Origin: a virus
Lineage: Duplodnaviria > Caudoviricetes
Reading direction: 5' to 3' (one strand)
DNA: 64,000 nucleotides
Virus record (IMG/VR): IMGVR_UViG_3300032327_000792
The notes below the pieces were generated by a model, which saw nothing but the letters and a program-made list of their open reading frames with translations, was not told where the DNA came from and did no database searches. A program made the translations under genes and the position numbers. Below are positions 9,392 through 18,566 of the stretch, piece by piece. How positions within the stretch are numbered: position 1 is the stretch's first letter; every line of letters starts with the position of its first letter.

Positions 9392-9739
9392 ATGAAAAGA
9401 CCTTTGTGCCCGGCTTGTCAGCAACGATTGTGTGCTGTAAACTACTATAGCGTTGGTATACCACACTATCGCAGTAGGTGCGAGACCTGCGTCAAGAAGA
9501 ATAAAAAAATCAAGCCGCCGACTCCCACGTGGCAAGCAGCAGGCTATAAGAAAAAAACCACATGTGATCGATGTGGCTTTAGAGCAAAATATTCAGCACA
9601 GTTGTTGGTTTACTATGTGGATGGCAATTTGCACAATGCCAATTTGCGAAACTTAAAAACTGTGTGTTTGAATTGTACCATTGAGATTCCTAGGCAGGAT
9701 TTGACTTGGCGACCCGGAGACCTTGAACCAGATCTGTGA
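9392..9739 (+). CDS. Zinc-finger / degenerate HNH protein
   Basis: CPAC, C..C, CDRC and CLNC pairs; QLLVYYVDGNLHNANLRNL matches an HNH scaffold with the His residues replaced. Confidence 0.7.
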   Translation: MKRPLCPACQQRLCAVNYYSVGIPHYRSRCETCVKKNKKIKPPTPTWQAAGYKKKTTCDRCGFRAKYSAQLLVYYVDGNLHNANLRNLKTVCLNCTIEIPRQDLTWRPGDLEPDL

Positions 9740-10334
9740 TCTGAGTGTACAAGTGATCTAGAGATCCGTTGTTGTCCAACACTGTGTCAAAGTCTGTTCC
9801 AGCCCATGCAGTTTCAGAAGCATGAACTACTAGCTGTTTGAGCAGTGCTTGATCGGACGAAATTCCAGCGTTGGCGCCTACAGCAGTGTTGTACCAGGCT
9901 GGATCTGGTCCACGGGCAACACGCACCACAATTCCGCCGGCATTTTTAATACTGTTGATTTCGTTGGGGAATCTGCAATCGCTGATCACAATGTCATCGC
10001 TACTGTTACGTAGTTTGTTTTCTAAACTGGCAATCCAGATATTGTCGTGAAATGTTCGACGACATACTTCTGTGCCCCAGTATTGCAGTACCCACCGTGG
10101 AGTCAAGTTGGGCATGTCCAACCGGGAGGCCCACCAAGGATCCACTTGTTCGCGCCATTCACGTGCTTGTCTAGTACGCCCTTCAATAAGCTCACGATCC
10201 CATCCGAACACCGAGGCTACAGCATCTTTGAGAGTGTTGGCAAATGACTCTCGTCTAAATTGATGTATATTTACAAGATAGTCTGCAATAGTATCTTTGC
10301 CTGTGCCTATAAATCCGCATACTCCAATAATCAT
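9690..10334 (-). CDS. gp1: Deoxynucleoside monophosphate kinase (T4 gp1-like)
   Basis: IIGVCGFIGTGKDT P-loop, SFA.TLKD, PRWVLQYWGTEVCR and VISDCRFPNE. Confidence 0.9.
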   Translation of the reverse strand: MIIGVCGFIGTGKDTIADYLVNIHQFRRESFANTLKDAVASVFGWDRELIEGRTRQAREWREQVDPWWASRLDMPNLTPRWVLQYWGTEVCRRTFHDNIWIASLENKLRNSSDDIVISDCRFPNEINSIKNAGGIVVRVARGPDPAWYNTAVGANAGISSDQALLKQLVVHASETAWAGTDFDTVLDNNGSLDHLYTQITDLVQGLRVAKSNPA

Positions 10335-10978
10335 AAAAATCCTTCTATTGACTGATAAAAATCTTGGTGCGCTTTAAGTTCATAATGCATACCATCTAAT
10401 TTGTTATAGTGTCCATTACTACAAAAATCATACCATGACTGATTGAAAACTTTCTCTTTGTTTAATAACTTAAATCGCGGATCTGTTCTTTTCTGAGGCC
10501 AATCTGTGAATACAAAAATATAATCAATTTGATTGTTAACAAGATACTGTTGCATGGCCAAAATACTGTACATATTGTAATTAAAAAACCAATCTGTATC
10601 AAATTGTTTTAAAAATATGTTTCTAGCAATGTCTTTCATAAATTTGCCATTGCGATTAATGTCTTGATCAAGTTCAGCATCTCTGCTATGGATACTAAAC
10701 CAAGGTTCATGTACTTGATGTTCTTTGTAAAAGGGGATTTGTAATTCTATTCTTTCAAAGATGGCCCACTGTATACAAACAAAATCAACTGGATTTTTTT
10801 CTAAATAATCAATAGTTGTTCGTGTGATAGCATCGTTAGAAGAACCAGCATGAGCAATATTATTAATCGACCAATTTTTGTTTAGATTTGGCCAGGTCAG
10901 TTTACAAGCTAGATCTAAATTAGGATCCAACTCTGTGCCAGCAATATGACTACAGCCATTGACCATTGTCTGAATCAT
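10331..10978 (-). CDS. SGNH/GDSL-like hydrolase
   Basis: NGCSH.AG (block I), AGSSND (block II) and DGMHY (DxxH) motifs. Confidence 0.65.
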   Translation of the reverse strand: MIQTMVNGCSHIAGTELDPNLDLACKLTWPNLNKNWSINNIAHAGSSNDAITRTTIDYLEKNPVDFVCIQWAIFERIELQIPFYKEHQVHEPWFSIHSRDAELDQDINRNGKFMKDIARNIFLKQFDTDWFFNYNMYSILAMQQYLVNNQIDYIFVFTDWPQKRTDPRFKLLNKEKVFNQSWYDFCSNGHYNKLDGMHYELKAHQDFYQSIEGFL

Positions 10979-11499
10979 CTCATCCCCTTGACGTTTAAAT
11001 GTTTGAATGTTTGTTGTAAAATATCAATTTGCTTGCGAGTGTCTTCTAGAGCGTGGTGACTGGTAGGAGGTACAGGACGGTCTGGCCAAAGGCTCAACAC
11101 TGTTCTGCTGTCTCTAATACGGTAAAACTTCCACGGTTGTGTTTTATTGTAACTTTTGTACGCATGTTCCAGGATGTTTATATCGTATGTAGGGCCTTGT
11201 GCCCAGATATAATCGTGTTGCCAGGCTAGCCGATATAGTTCGTCTAGAGCTTGATCCAATGGAACACGATCCTCTTCGGCAAATGCTTCAGCTTGTGCTA
11301 GAGGTTGAGTTGCCCACCAAGCCAGGGTATCATCCTGTATACAACGGTTTTCCTGACTTTCCAAAGTGATACGAGCATAATAATGACGGTTATAATGACC
11401 AGTTCCAAAAGGATCAAAGCTCTGGGCAGCTATGGTCAAAATAGCGGCATCTGGACCAGTGCCCAGGCCTTCGATGTCAATCATTAAATGTGAACTCAT
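10975..11499 (-). CDS. DEDDh 3'-5' exonuclease (Rv2179c/DexA-like)
   Basis: HLMIDIEG, WAQGPTYD, RDSRT and HHALED motifs. Confidence 0.8.
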   Translation of the reverse strand: MSSHLMIDIEGLGTGPDAAILTIAAQSFDPFGTGHYNRHYYARITLESQENRCIQDDTLAWWATQPLAQAEAFAEEDRVPLDQALDELYRLAWQHDYIWAQGPTYDINILEHAYKSYNKTQPWKFYRIRDSRTVLSLWPDRPVPPTSHHALEDTRKQIDILQQTFKHLNVKGMR

Positions 11500-11505
11500 A
11501 GTGCT

Positions 11506-11534
11506 ATTGTAGCACTGTTTTAGTTCTGTGTCTA
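11506..11534 (-). promoter_or_regulatory. Sigma70-type early promoter of the exonuclease-SGNH-dNMP kinase operon
   Basis: TAGACA-17-(TGC)TACAAT, 6 nt from ATG. Confidence 0.7.
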
Positions 11535-11541
11535 GAGTGCG

Positions 11542-12309
11542 TTAGCCGATTACCCAGGTCAGTGGCTGTGAAGAATCAACATAATTTTTAAGATCTTCAA
11601 GACACTTATCCATGGCCATCTGTCCTTCTGACTTCATAGCAGAACCGTTTAGTGTACCACCGCCCTGTGGACCAGCAATAGTACCAAACTTTTCACGAGC
11701 TTCGCCAATGATGTATTTGCAATTAGCAACCATATAATCCCGGATCCACTGGCTGATTTGAAAATCACTGAGCAAGTTGATTTCTGGTTTTAGGTTGTAG
11801 GTCCAAAGCAAGACATTTTCTCCTGAGCCTTTAGGGTCTCGAATCAGTTGAATTTTTTTGGTCACTGGATTCCAGGTATAATTCATATAGCCACCAAACA
11901 TACGTGCTGCCAGTTCTACATATTGTGTATAGAAATCGTAGGTGGCAAGTCCGCCAGCTACGTTGAAGTTCATTAAATAAACGTTCATTGAGGCCTGTGT
12001 AAACGGATCAAAGTTTGATGCAAACGGTCCGGTTGAGTCACCAAATGTCCTACGGAAAACCTGACGTACTTGAATGACTTCCTGGGGCAATGTATAGATG
12101 CTTACGTCTTTTACAAGCTCTAAATAGTTGTAACTTTCTTCATAGGCTGCTTGGGCACGCTGACGATAAGTTCCAATAGTCTTTTGATAGGCCGCTTCAA
12201 AATGTTCAGCATCTAACTCAATATCAACAATTTGATCTCCAAGTTGTAGTCGTACATACTCAATGAGATTTTGTTTTAGGGTATCAAGTGTTGATTCAGG
12301 TAAAGACAT
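11542..12309 (-). CDS. gp13: Neck protein (head-tail adaptor)
   Basis: 255 aa; LG...VDIELD.EH, WIRDY..A.CK..IGEAREKF and GG.TLNG motifs. Confidence 0.85.
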   Translation of the reverse strand: MSLPESTLDTLKQNLIEYVRLQLGDQIVDIELDAEHFEAAYQKTIGTYRQRAQAAYEESYNYLELVKDVSIYTLPQEVIQVRQVFRRTFGDSTGPFASNFDPFTQASMNVYLMNFNVAGGLATYDFYTQYVELAARMFGGYMNYTWNPVTKKIQLIRDPKGSGENVLLWTYNLKPEINLLSDFQISQWIRDYMVANCKYIIGEAREKFGTIAGPQGGGTLNGSAMKSEGQMAMDKCLEDLKNYVDSSQPLTWVIG

Positions 12310-12331
12310 ATATTAGGAACTCCAGTTCCTA

Positions 12332-13477
12332 TTATTTACCAGCTCTAAGGATGATCATGTTCTCAGTGCCTCTACCGTTGAATTTGGTATCTGTGGCTCG
12401 GATATCTTTGAAATACTTGCGAGCCGCTGGTTTTCCACCTGCTAACAATGCTCGTATTTGATCTGCTGGCTTACGTAGAGTTTTTTGTACTGTGACGGCT
12501 GCATCAAATCCCAACAACATATTGTTCTTAACTGTAATTTCACCAATGTGTGTGTCTGCTACAACGTAGATCAGCTTGCGTTTTTTAGTGTCGTACAACC
12601 AAGCTTCGTTTGCTCCAACCAAACGTGCTGGTGGTTCGCTTTCAAGTTTGAGTTCTTCGAATGCTTTTAGGTATTTGAACTTGCGTGCTTGCGTTTCTGG
12701 ACTCACTGCTTTTTTGGCACGTGGTTTGCGTTCTACTTTTTTGATCTGTACATATGCGTTACAATCATTGATCACTGTTTCACAGAATTTGATCATGTTG
12801 CGTAACTGTATTTTTGAAAAGTTTGAATATCCTTCTACTAGGTCGCTGTCTCGACCTTCTACTGCTTCTTCAAATTCTGACAGACGTTGTTTCCAAATAT
12901 TGCTGATATTGCTGATCATCTGTGGTGCCACATTCATTCCGCGAATGGTAGCAATGGGCTTGATGTTTGCAGACATTTTTGCACCATCGGCCACAAACTC
13001 ATCAAACACACCTTCAAGTTCGCCAGCACACTCACTAACTTTTTCTTTAAGACGATCTTGAATGGTCACTCGGTTCTGTTCTGTTTCTTCTTCGGTGACC
13101 ACAATCTTGACTTCGTCTTTGATTCGGAGCATGGTGTCAATTTGTTCATTGATTTGCAATAACTCACGATCCGTTAACTTCAAACCAACTAAATTCATTC
13201 GACACACCCAGGCCGGAGTCAGTCTTATTTGGCTGTCTGGTATTGCTCTGATCTTTCGAGCATCTTTGGAACGATCGTTGTGTTCCAACCAATGCACAAT
13301 CATGTCTTTGGCATCTTTCTTGCCATAGTGATAGTTGTACCAGGCAAATCCCGCCGACAATGCACTGACTCGGTTGTCTTCAGGCTGAACTCTCCATTCG
13401 GGTTCGCCGCCGGTATATTTGATCTCTGCGCCTTTTGGGTTAAGAAGTTTGATTTGTTGTGTTTTAGATTTGATCAT
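12332..13477 (-). CDS. Hypothetical early protein
   Basis: 381-aa ORF preceded by a sigma70-type promoter (TTTACT-17-TATAAT). Confidence 0.75.
   Translation of the reverse strand: MIKSKTQQIKLLNPKGAEIKYTGGEPEWRVQPEDNRVSALSAGFAWYNYHYGKKDAKDMIVHWLEHNDRSKDARKIRAIPDSQIRLTPAWVCRMNLVGLKLTDRELLQINEQIDTMLRIKDEVKIVVTEEETEQNRVTIQDRLKEKVSECAGELEGVFDEFVADGAKMSANIKPIATIRGMNVAPQMISNISNIWKQRLSEFEEAVEGRDSDLVEGYSNFSKIQLRNMIKFCETVINDCNAYVQIKKVERKPRAKKAVSPETQARKFKYLKAFEELKLESEPPARLVGANEAWLYDTKKRKLIYVVADTHIGEITVKNNMLLGFDAAVTVQKTLRKPADQIRALLAGGKPAARKYFKDIRATDTKFNGRGTENMIILRAGK
12333..12340 (-). promoter_or_regulatory. Late promoter GGTAAATA (gp13)
   Basis: Overlaps the stop of the upstream gene. Confidence 0.65.
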
Positions 13478-13484
13478 AGTTTGT

Positions 13485-13513
13485 ATTATACTTGATTATG
13501 TTAATTTAGTAAA
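13485..13513 (-). promoter_or_regulatory. Sigma70-type early promoter
   Basis: TTTACT-17-TATAAT, 7 nt from ATG 13477. Confidence 0.6.
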
Positions 13514-13749
13514 CTAGCAAAGGTAATATGCTTTTCCAAATGAGCCAGTAATTCTTCAAAGTTTTGAAGCAGTTCTTGATATTTGATAGTTTCTTTTCGG
13601 AGTCTACGACACTCCACACTTTCTTTGTCCAATTCAGTATAAGCTGCTTCTGTGGATCTCAGCATGATCAACAAATCTCTACGAGCTACCTTGCTTTTTA
13701 CAGAGCCAATTTGGCTGTAGGCAACATCTATGCGTTTATCGTAGTCCAT
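13501..13749 (-). CDS. Hypothetical early protein (start reassigned to 13749)
   Basis: The ORF-track start at 13764 lies inside the -10 box; the ATG at 13749 (MDYDKR) is 6 nt below TATAAT. Confidence 0.65.
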   Translation of the reverse strand: MDYDKRIDVAYSQIGSVKSKVARRDLLIMLRSTEAAYTELDKESVECRRLRKETIKYQELLQNFEELLAHLEKHITFASLLN

Positions 13750-13755
13750 TTTGTA

Positions 13756-13784
13756 ATTATACATAGTTTGTCATTACTGGTCAA
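13756..13784 (-). promoter_or_regulatory. Sigma70-type early promoter
   Basis: TTGACC-17-TATAAT, 6 nt from ATG 13749. Confidence 0.75.
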
Positions 13785-13790
13785 TCTGCC

Positions 13791-13798
13791 CATAAATA
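13791..13798 (+). promoter_or_regulatory. Late promoter CATAAATA (gp14)
   Basis: 7 nt from ATG 13806. Confidence 0.75.
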
Positions 13799-13805
13799 GT
13801 GTACT

Positions 13806-15107
13806 ATGCCAAGACTTAGCCTTTACCGTCCCAACAGAACCAACGACTATAAGTTCTTAGATCGTACTATCAGTGAAATGTACACCGTGGGCGGACTGGA
13901 TCTTTATATCCACAAATATCTAGGTCCAAAAACAGGCGATGTAGGAGACAACGATGCTACCATACCTGTGTACGATGAGCAAAATCCCCTGTTCATTGAA
14001 GATTTGTTGTTGGGGGAAAACAGAGACCGCGCATACGATCCTGACATTTACATCCTGCGCGGCGTTTATAGAACACAAGATGTTGACTTTGATTTAACAC
14101 AGTTTGGTTTATTTTTAAACAACGACACATTGTTTATCACATTCCACTTCAACGACATGATTGACACATTTGGTCGTAAGCTCATGAGCGGTGATGTGAT
14201 AGAAGTACCAAACTTAAAAGATTACTATCCGTTGGATGCGGCTGGTATTTACAAAGCTGTGCCAAGGTACTATGTGATACAAGATGCTGCCTATGCCTCT
14301 GAAGGATTTAGTCAAACATGGTTGCCTCATCTATGGCGTGTAAAAGCCACACCCATGGTCAATGCTCAAGAATATCAGGACATTATCAATCAACCGGCTG
14401 GACCAGACAACATATGGGATCCTGGTAATTTCTATCCTGGTGGAACTATTGTCAACAACGGTGATACATGGTACATCAGTACGCAACCTGTTCCACCTGG
14501 CACAGATATTACCGATACCGATTACTGGCGCCCAACTGATCCTCCAACACAGGGAGAACAAACCAGCACTCGTCCAAGAGATTTGGCCATCAACGATGCT
14601 ATTATCACACAGGCCTATGCCGAACTTCCACTCAGTGGATACGACACTGTCAAGTTCTATATTCTTCCAACCACAGTGGATGGCCAACCTGCACAGGCTG
14701 GTGCCACAGTAGATAACACAAGAGTCACAGTTGATGGTACCGAAGGTGCAGAAGGTACTACTCCCCGAGCAGATGGATACACATTAGGATACTTAACTGG
14801 GGACGGCATTGCGCCCAATGGATTACCCGTGACTCCGGGAGTAAGTTTTCCCACAAATCCAGTTGCCGGAGATTATGCCTTACGCTTGGATTACTTTCCA
14901 AATCGATTGTTTAGATTCAACGGTCGCACATGGATCAAGATTGAAGAAAAGGTACGCACTGATCTTAACTATGCAACTGGTGCACAGACACAGCGTGCAA
15001 GTTTTGTCAACAACACAGGCAACGTGGCCACAACTGATCGTGGATCAATTCCAAGTAGACAGAGTCTTTCTGAAATACTTAAACCTAGAGCAGACAACGG
15101 CGGTTAA
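13806..15107 (+). CDS. gp14: Neck protein (head closure), with insertion
   Basis: MPRLSLYR..ND...DRTISE, QFGLFL.ND.LFITFH and GDVIE.P motifs; late promoter at 13791. Confidence 0.8.
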   Translation: MPRLSLYRPNRTNDYKFLDRTISEMYTVGGLDLYIHKYLGPKTGDVGDNDATIPVYDEQNPLFIEDLLLGENRDRAYDPDIYILRGVYRTQDVDFDLTQFGLFLNNDTLFITFHFNDMIDTFGRKLMSGDVIEVPNLKDYYPLDAAGIYKAVPRYYVIQDAAYASEGFSQTWLPHLWRVKATPMVNAQEYQDIINQPAGPDNIWDPGNFYPGGTIVNNGDTWYISTQPVPPGTDITDTDYWRPTDPPTQGEQTSTRPRDLAINDAIITQAYAELPLSGYDTVKFYILPTTVDGQPAQAGATVDNTRVTVDGTEGAEGTTPRADGYTLGYLTGDGIAPNGLPVTPGVSFPTNPVAGDYALRLDYFPNRLFRFNGRTWIKIEEKVRTDLNYATGAQTQRASFVNNTGNVATTDRGSIPSRQSLSEILKPRADNGG

Positions 15108-15109
15108 TT

Positions 15110-16504
15110 ATGGCAGGTCCAAACTTTTTTTATGATGAACAAATACGAAGATTCTTGTTGCAGTTTGCAAGAATTTTCAACAACTTTGAAGTTGAATACG
15201 GTCGCAACGAAGAAGGCACTGCACATACATTGATTCGTGTTCCGGTTAAGTATGGTGACTTTACACGACAGGCCCAAACAGTGGTGCAAAATAACTCTGC
15301 AGGATTTATGCCCAGCACTCCGCAAATGACTTTTTATATTTCCGGGTTGGACTATGATCGACCTAGAATGCAAGAGCCCTATCATATCAGTAAGATTGCT
15401 GTAAGACAACGCACCTATGATACTGCCACAGACACATACGAAGTCACTCAAGGCAATGCATTTACCATAGAACGTTTGATGCCAGTGCCTTACAAACTCA
15501 CGATCAAACTGGATATCTGGACATCCAACACCAATCAAAAAATGCAATTGTTGGAGCAGATGCTGACCTTGTTCAATCCTGCACTGGAAATACAAAGCAC
15601 AGACAACTACATTGATTGGACCAGTTTGAGTGTGGTTGAATTAGAAAGCACTCAATGGACTTCAAGGGTCATACCAGTGGGTACAGAAAATCCCATAGAC
15701 ATTGCCACATTAACATTTGCCTTGCCAATATGGATTTCAGCGCCGGCCAAAGTTAAAAAGTTGGGTGTGGTAGAACGTATTATTGCTTCGGTATATGATG
15801 CCAACGGCGATGCGTCAAACGCTGTAATGGACAACGATTTGCTGTTGGGCACCAGACAGGTGTTTACACCTTACAACTATCAGGTGTTGTTGATTGGCAA
15901 CAAACTACAGGCCTTACGTCCACAACAAGTGGTTGACCAATCAAATACCAGCTTGACTCCAGCCGACTCACCTCCTAGTAATTTATTATGGTCGGCTGTG
16001 ATTGGAGACTTTGGAGTGATACGTCCGGGGATTAGTTATATTACACTGGAACAAGAAGACGGAACCGAAGTAACAGGAACTGTTGCATTTGACCCCACAG
16101 ATGATCGCTTTTTGTTGTACAGTATCAATCAAGACACTATTCCGGCCAATACATTGTCTGCGGTAACGGCTGTTATTGATCCATTAAGATCTGGTCCCGG
16201 AGCTGGTTTAGTTGCACCTGCAACGGGTCAACGTTATCTATTGACCGAAGACACCGGTAGTGACAACGGCTATGCTGATTCCTGGGCAGGCACAGGTGGC
16301 CAACCCTTGGTAGCACAGGCCAACGACATTGTTGAGTATGACGGTCAACGATGGATAGTCAGCTTTGACAGTGAAAATTCACCCAGCAATGTACAATATG
16401 TCACAAATATCACAACCAGTATTCAATACGAATGGAATGGTACTGTATGGATCAAGAGTTACCAAGGCTTATACCCCGGAGGCACATGGAGTCTAGTGTT
16501 GTAA
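15110..16504 (+). CDS. gp15: Tail terminator / sheath stabiliser with C-terminal extension
   Basis: FFYDEQIRRF...F.RIF, IRVPVKYGD, PVPYKL...LDIW.SN..Q..Q.LEQ...FNP motifs. Confidence 0.85.
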   Translation: MAGPNFFYDEQIRRFLLQFARIFNNFEVEYGRNEEGTAHTLIRVPVKYGDFTRQAQTVVQNNSAGFMPSTPQMTFYISGLDYDRPRMQEPYHISKIAVRQRTYDTATDTYEVTQGNAFTIERLMPVPYKLTIKLDIWTSNTNQKMQLLEQMLTLFNPALEIQSTDNYIDWTSLSVVELESTQWTSRVIPVGTENPIDIATLTFALPIWISAPAKVKKLGVVERIIASVYDANGDASNAVMDNDLLLGTRQVFTPYNYQVLLIGNKLQALRPQQVVDQSNTSLTPADSPPSNLLWSAVIGDFGVIRPGISYITLEQEDGTEVTGTVAFDPTDDRFLLYSINQDTIPANTLSAVTAVIDPLRSGPGAGLVAPATGQRYLLTEDTGSDNGYADSWAGTGGQPLVAQANDIVEYDGQRWIVSFDSENSPSNVQYVTNITTSIQYEWNGTVWIKSYQGLYPGGTWSLVL

Positions 16505-16944
16505 ACGCAGTGGGTGTTTGGTTTTATTCTGTTGTTACCCAACGTTATCTATATTTGTTGCGCAATGATCCACGTCATCCAGACACTTGGGGGTTACCCG
16601 GTGGCAAGATTGAAGATGGCGAAACATTGATTGGAGCTATCACAAGAGAATGTACAGAAGAAATGGGTACTATGCCCGAATATCTACGTCTTGTTCCTGT
16701 GGAGAAGTTTACTTCAGCGGATGCAGGATTTGTATATCATACATTTTTTTGCAGTGTAGCCAAAGAATTTTGTCCTACATTGAATGAAGAGCATCATGGA
16801 TGGGCATGGATTGCCACTGGTTCATGGCCCAAACCTATGCATCCTGGACTGTGGTCAACACTGAATTTTGATGCGGTTCGTGGTAAAATTGAAACTATAG
16901 AACAGTCAATTTACACATCACAGTGTGAAATAAATTCTCTGTAG
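16486..16944 (+). CDS. Nudix hydrolase
   Basis: Complete Nudix box GGKIEDGETLIGAITRECTEEMG. Start at 16486 chosen because GGAGG precedes it; the ORF track uses 16432. Confidence 0.9.
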   Translation: MESSVVNAVGVWFYSVVTQRYLYLLRNDPRHPDTWGLPGGKIEDGETLIGAITRECTEEMGTMPEYLRLVPVEKFTSADAGFVYHTFFCSVAKEFCPTLNEEHHGWAWIATGSWPKPMHPGLWSTLNFDAVRGKIETIEQSIYTSQCEINSL

Positions 16945-17576
16945 GTCATTCTTTCCACATTGGCAAACTCCAACCATGCATCCGGTGCGTGATGTAGCAT
17001 GCCAACTATGACAAATCTGGTTCCTGAATATGCCGACATCACTTGTGCTACCTGTGATTGCCAGGCTGAGTTTCCAGCTGCGGTATATTGATTATAACCA
17101 ATCATGAATATTTCTTTGTGTCCATCAAATGCAGCCAGATACAATGCCAGGGCCTGTTTGACCACACCCGGACTGTGGGGTATTAGATAAAAAAATCCAG
17201 GATATTTTAAACAGTTACGAGGAGTTGTATAGACCACATTGTCTTGATGGTAGTCAGTATCAATGATCTCTTTGAGACTCTGATCGTCGGTCTCAACAGC
17301 AAAATCCAATCTCATTTGATTAGCAACCAAACCCACCCCGTAGGTTTGTAATTTTTTACTGCCAAGCAGTCCACCACGATGACGCTGTAGTCGTGTGTAA
17401 TCAAATTGATCGGCGTCGTGATCAGACCCAATACACACAGCACGACCACTTATGTGTTGATTTTCAATTGGGTTTTCGACCCACTCTCGTGTCTGGCTTT
17501 TTTTTCCTGCAGCCCACTTTGATTGTGTTACAAGAAATTCGCCAGTGTAGTCAGCACGATAACGCTGAGAGATCAT
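16911..17576 (-). CDS. Maf/DUF115-like (glycosyltransferase-related Rossmann) protein
   Basis: AVCIGS, LDFAVETD and ALYLAAFDGHKEIFMIGY motifs; paralogous in pattern to 29448..30032. Confidence 0.45.
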   Translation of the reverse strand: MISQRYRADYTGEFLVTQSKWAAGKKSQTREWVENPIENQHISGRAVCIGSDHDADQFDYTRLQRHRGGLLGSKKLQTYGVGLVANQMRLDFAVETDDQSLKEIIDTDYHQDNVVYTTPRNCLKYPGFFYLIPHSPGVVKQALALYLAAFDGHKEIFMIGYNQYTAAGNSAWQSQVAQVMSAYSGTRFVIVGMLHHAPDAWLEFANVERMTYREFISHCDV

Positions 17577-18544
17577 AGACGTCCAACAGCCACTTCAATG
17601 GTTTCAATCGTGGATGAATCAATTTCTTCCATGGCTTTGCCCAGTACGCATCCGGGTTGCCAATTTGCACCAATACGTTGTGCTACACCAGGTGTAGCAG
17701 ATGACACTAAAACATCACCTTTGCGTACAGGTCCTTGAACCTGACATGGAACCCGACCAGTTAATGCTACCGGCAACACATAGTCCCCGGCTTGAGCTGA
17801 ATTCATTAGATAACTTGGGTTGGTAGAAACAATACCGGCCACTGCTGTTGAGTGACTGCGGGTTGTGATTGTGATTTCTTGTGTGCCACCAAACTCCACC
17901 ACAGTACCCGGAAGATAATCTTGATCACTGACATACATTTCGGCTAAGTCAGCGTATTGTGCAGAAGTTGCTTTGGCAAATACAGTGTTGAAAGCATTAG
18001 TTGATGATCCAATATTACCTACGCCATTGGCATTAGCATTAACAATGCTTCCAGCTGTAAGTGATCCAGTGCCTAATGTTAAACCTGTAGTAGAGAACAC
18101 TGCTACGTTACTTGTACCGGCCACACTAATATTGGCATTGCCGCTAGGTGTTTGAATATCAATTGTGGTTGTACCATTTTGTATTCTGTCGCCAAGAATA
18201 TTACCACTTAGCGTTGCGTTACCCGATACACTTAAATCACCAGTGATTGCAACCAGTCCGGTGCTGATAGTCTGTACTGTTGTGCCAGCAATGTTGGCAC
18301 GGATATTGCCGTTTGATGCAATAATAGATACACTTGATGTTCCGGAACTGATTGAGTTGGCACTGAGCGCACCAATGGCATTGTTAACGTATGTTTGTGT
18401 TGCCAATGGGTTTCCGCCAACAGTACTGCCATTGTGAACTCGCAAGGTTAAATCAGTAGTGTCTACAGAAATTTCACCATTAGCTCCGGTAAAATTGTTG
18501 TTTTGTGCGGTTGTTCCCCGTCTGAATTGTACAACTGTTGGCAT
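17573..18544 (-). CDS. Short tail fibre: Mtd-like N-terminal anchor plus C-terminal chaperone/autoproteolysis-like domain
   Basis: VQFRRGTTAQ...FTGA.GE..VDT N-terminus; ATSAQYADLAE..., VALTGRVPCQV.G and KGD motifs shared with the 1706-aa fibre. Confidence 0.75.
   Translation of the reverse strand: MPTVVQFRRGTTAQNNNFTGANGEISVDTTDLTLRVHNGSTVGGNPLATQTYVNNAIGALSANSISSGTSSVSIIASNGNIRANIAGTTVQTISTGLVAITGDLSVSGNATLSGNILGDRIQNGTTTIDIQTPSGNANISVAGTSNVAVFSTTGLTLGTGSLTAGSIVNANANGVGNIGSSTNAFNTVFAKATSAQYADLAEMYVSDQDYLPGTVVEFGGTQEITITTRSHSTAVAGIVSTNPSYLMNSAQAGDYVLPVALTGRVPCQVQGPVRKGDVLVSSATPGVAQRIGANWQPGCVLGKAMEEIDSSTIETIEVAVGRL
17945..18320 (-). repeat. Duplicated block shared with about 20141..20510 (C-terminus of long fibre)
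   Basis: 56-nt perfect identity 17967-18022 = 20163-20218; flanks highly similar. Confidence 0.9.
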
Positions 18545-18566
18545 AAATTCCCCTTATATCTTATAT

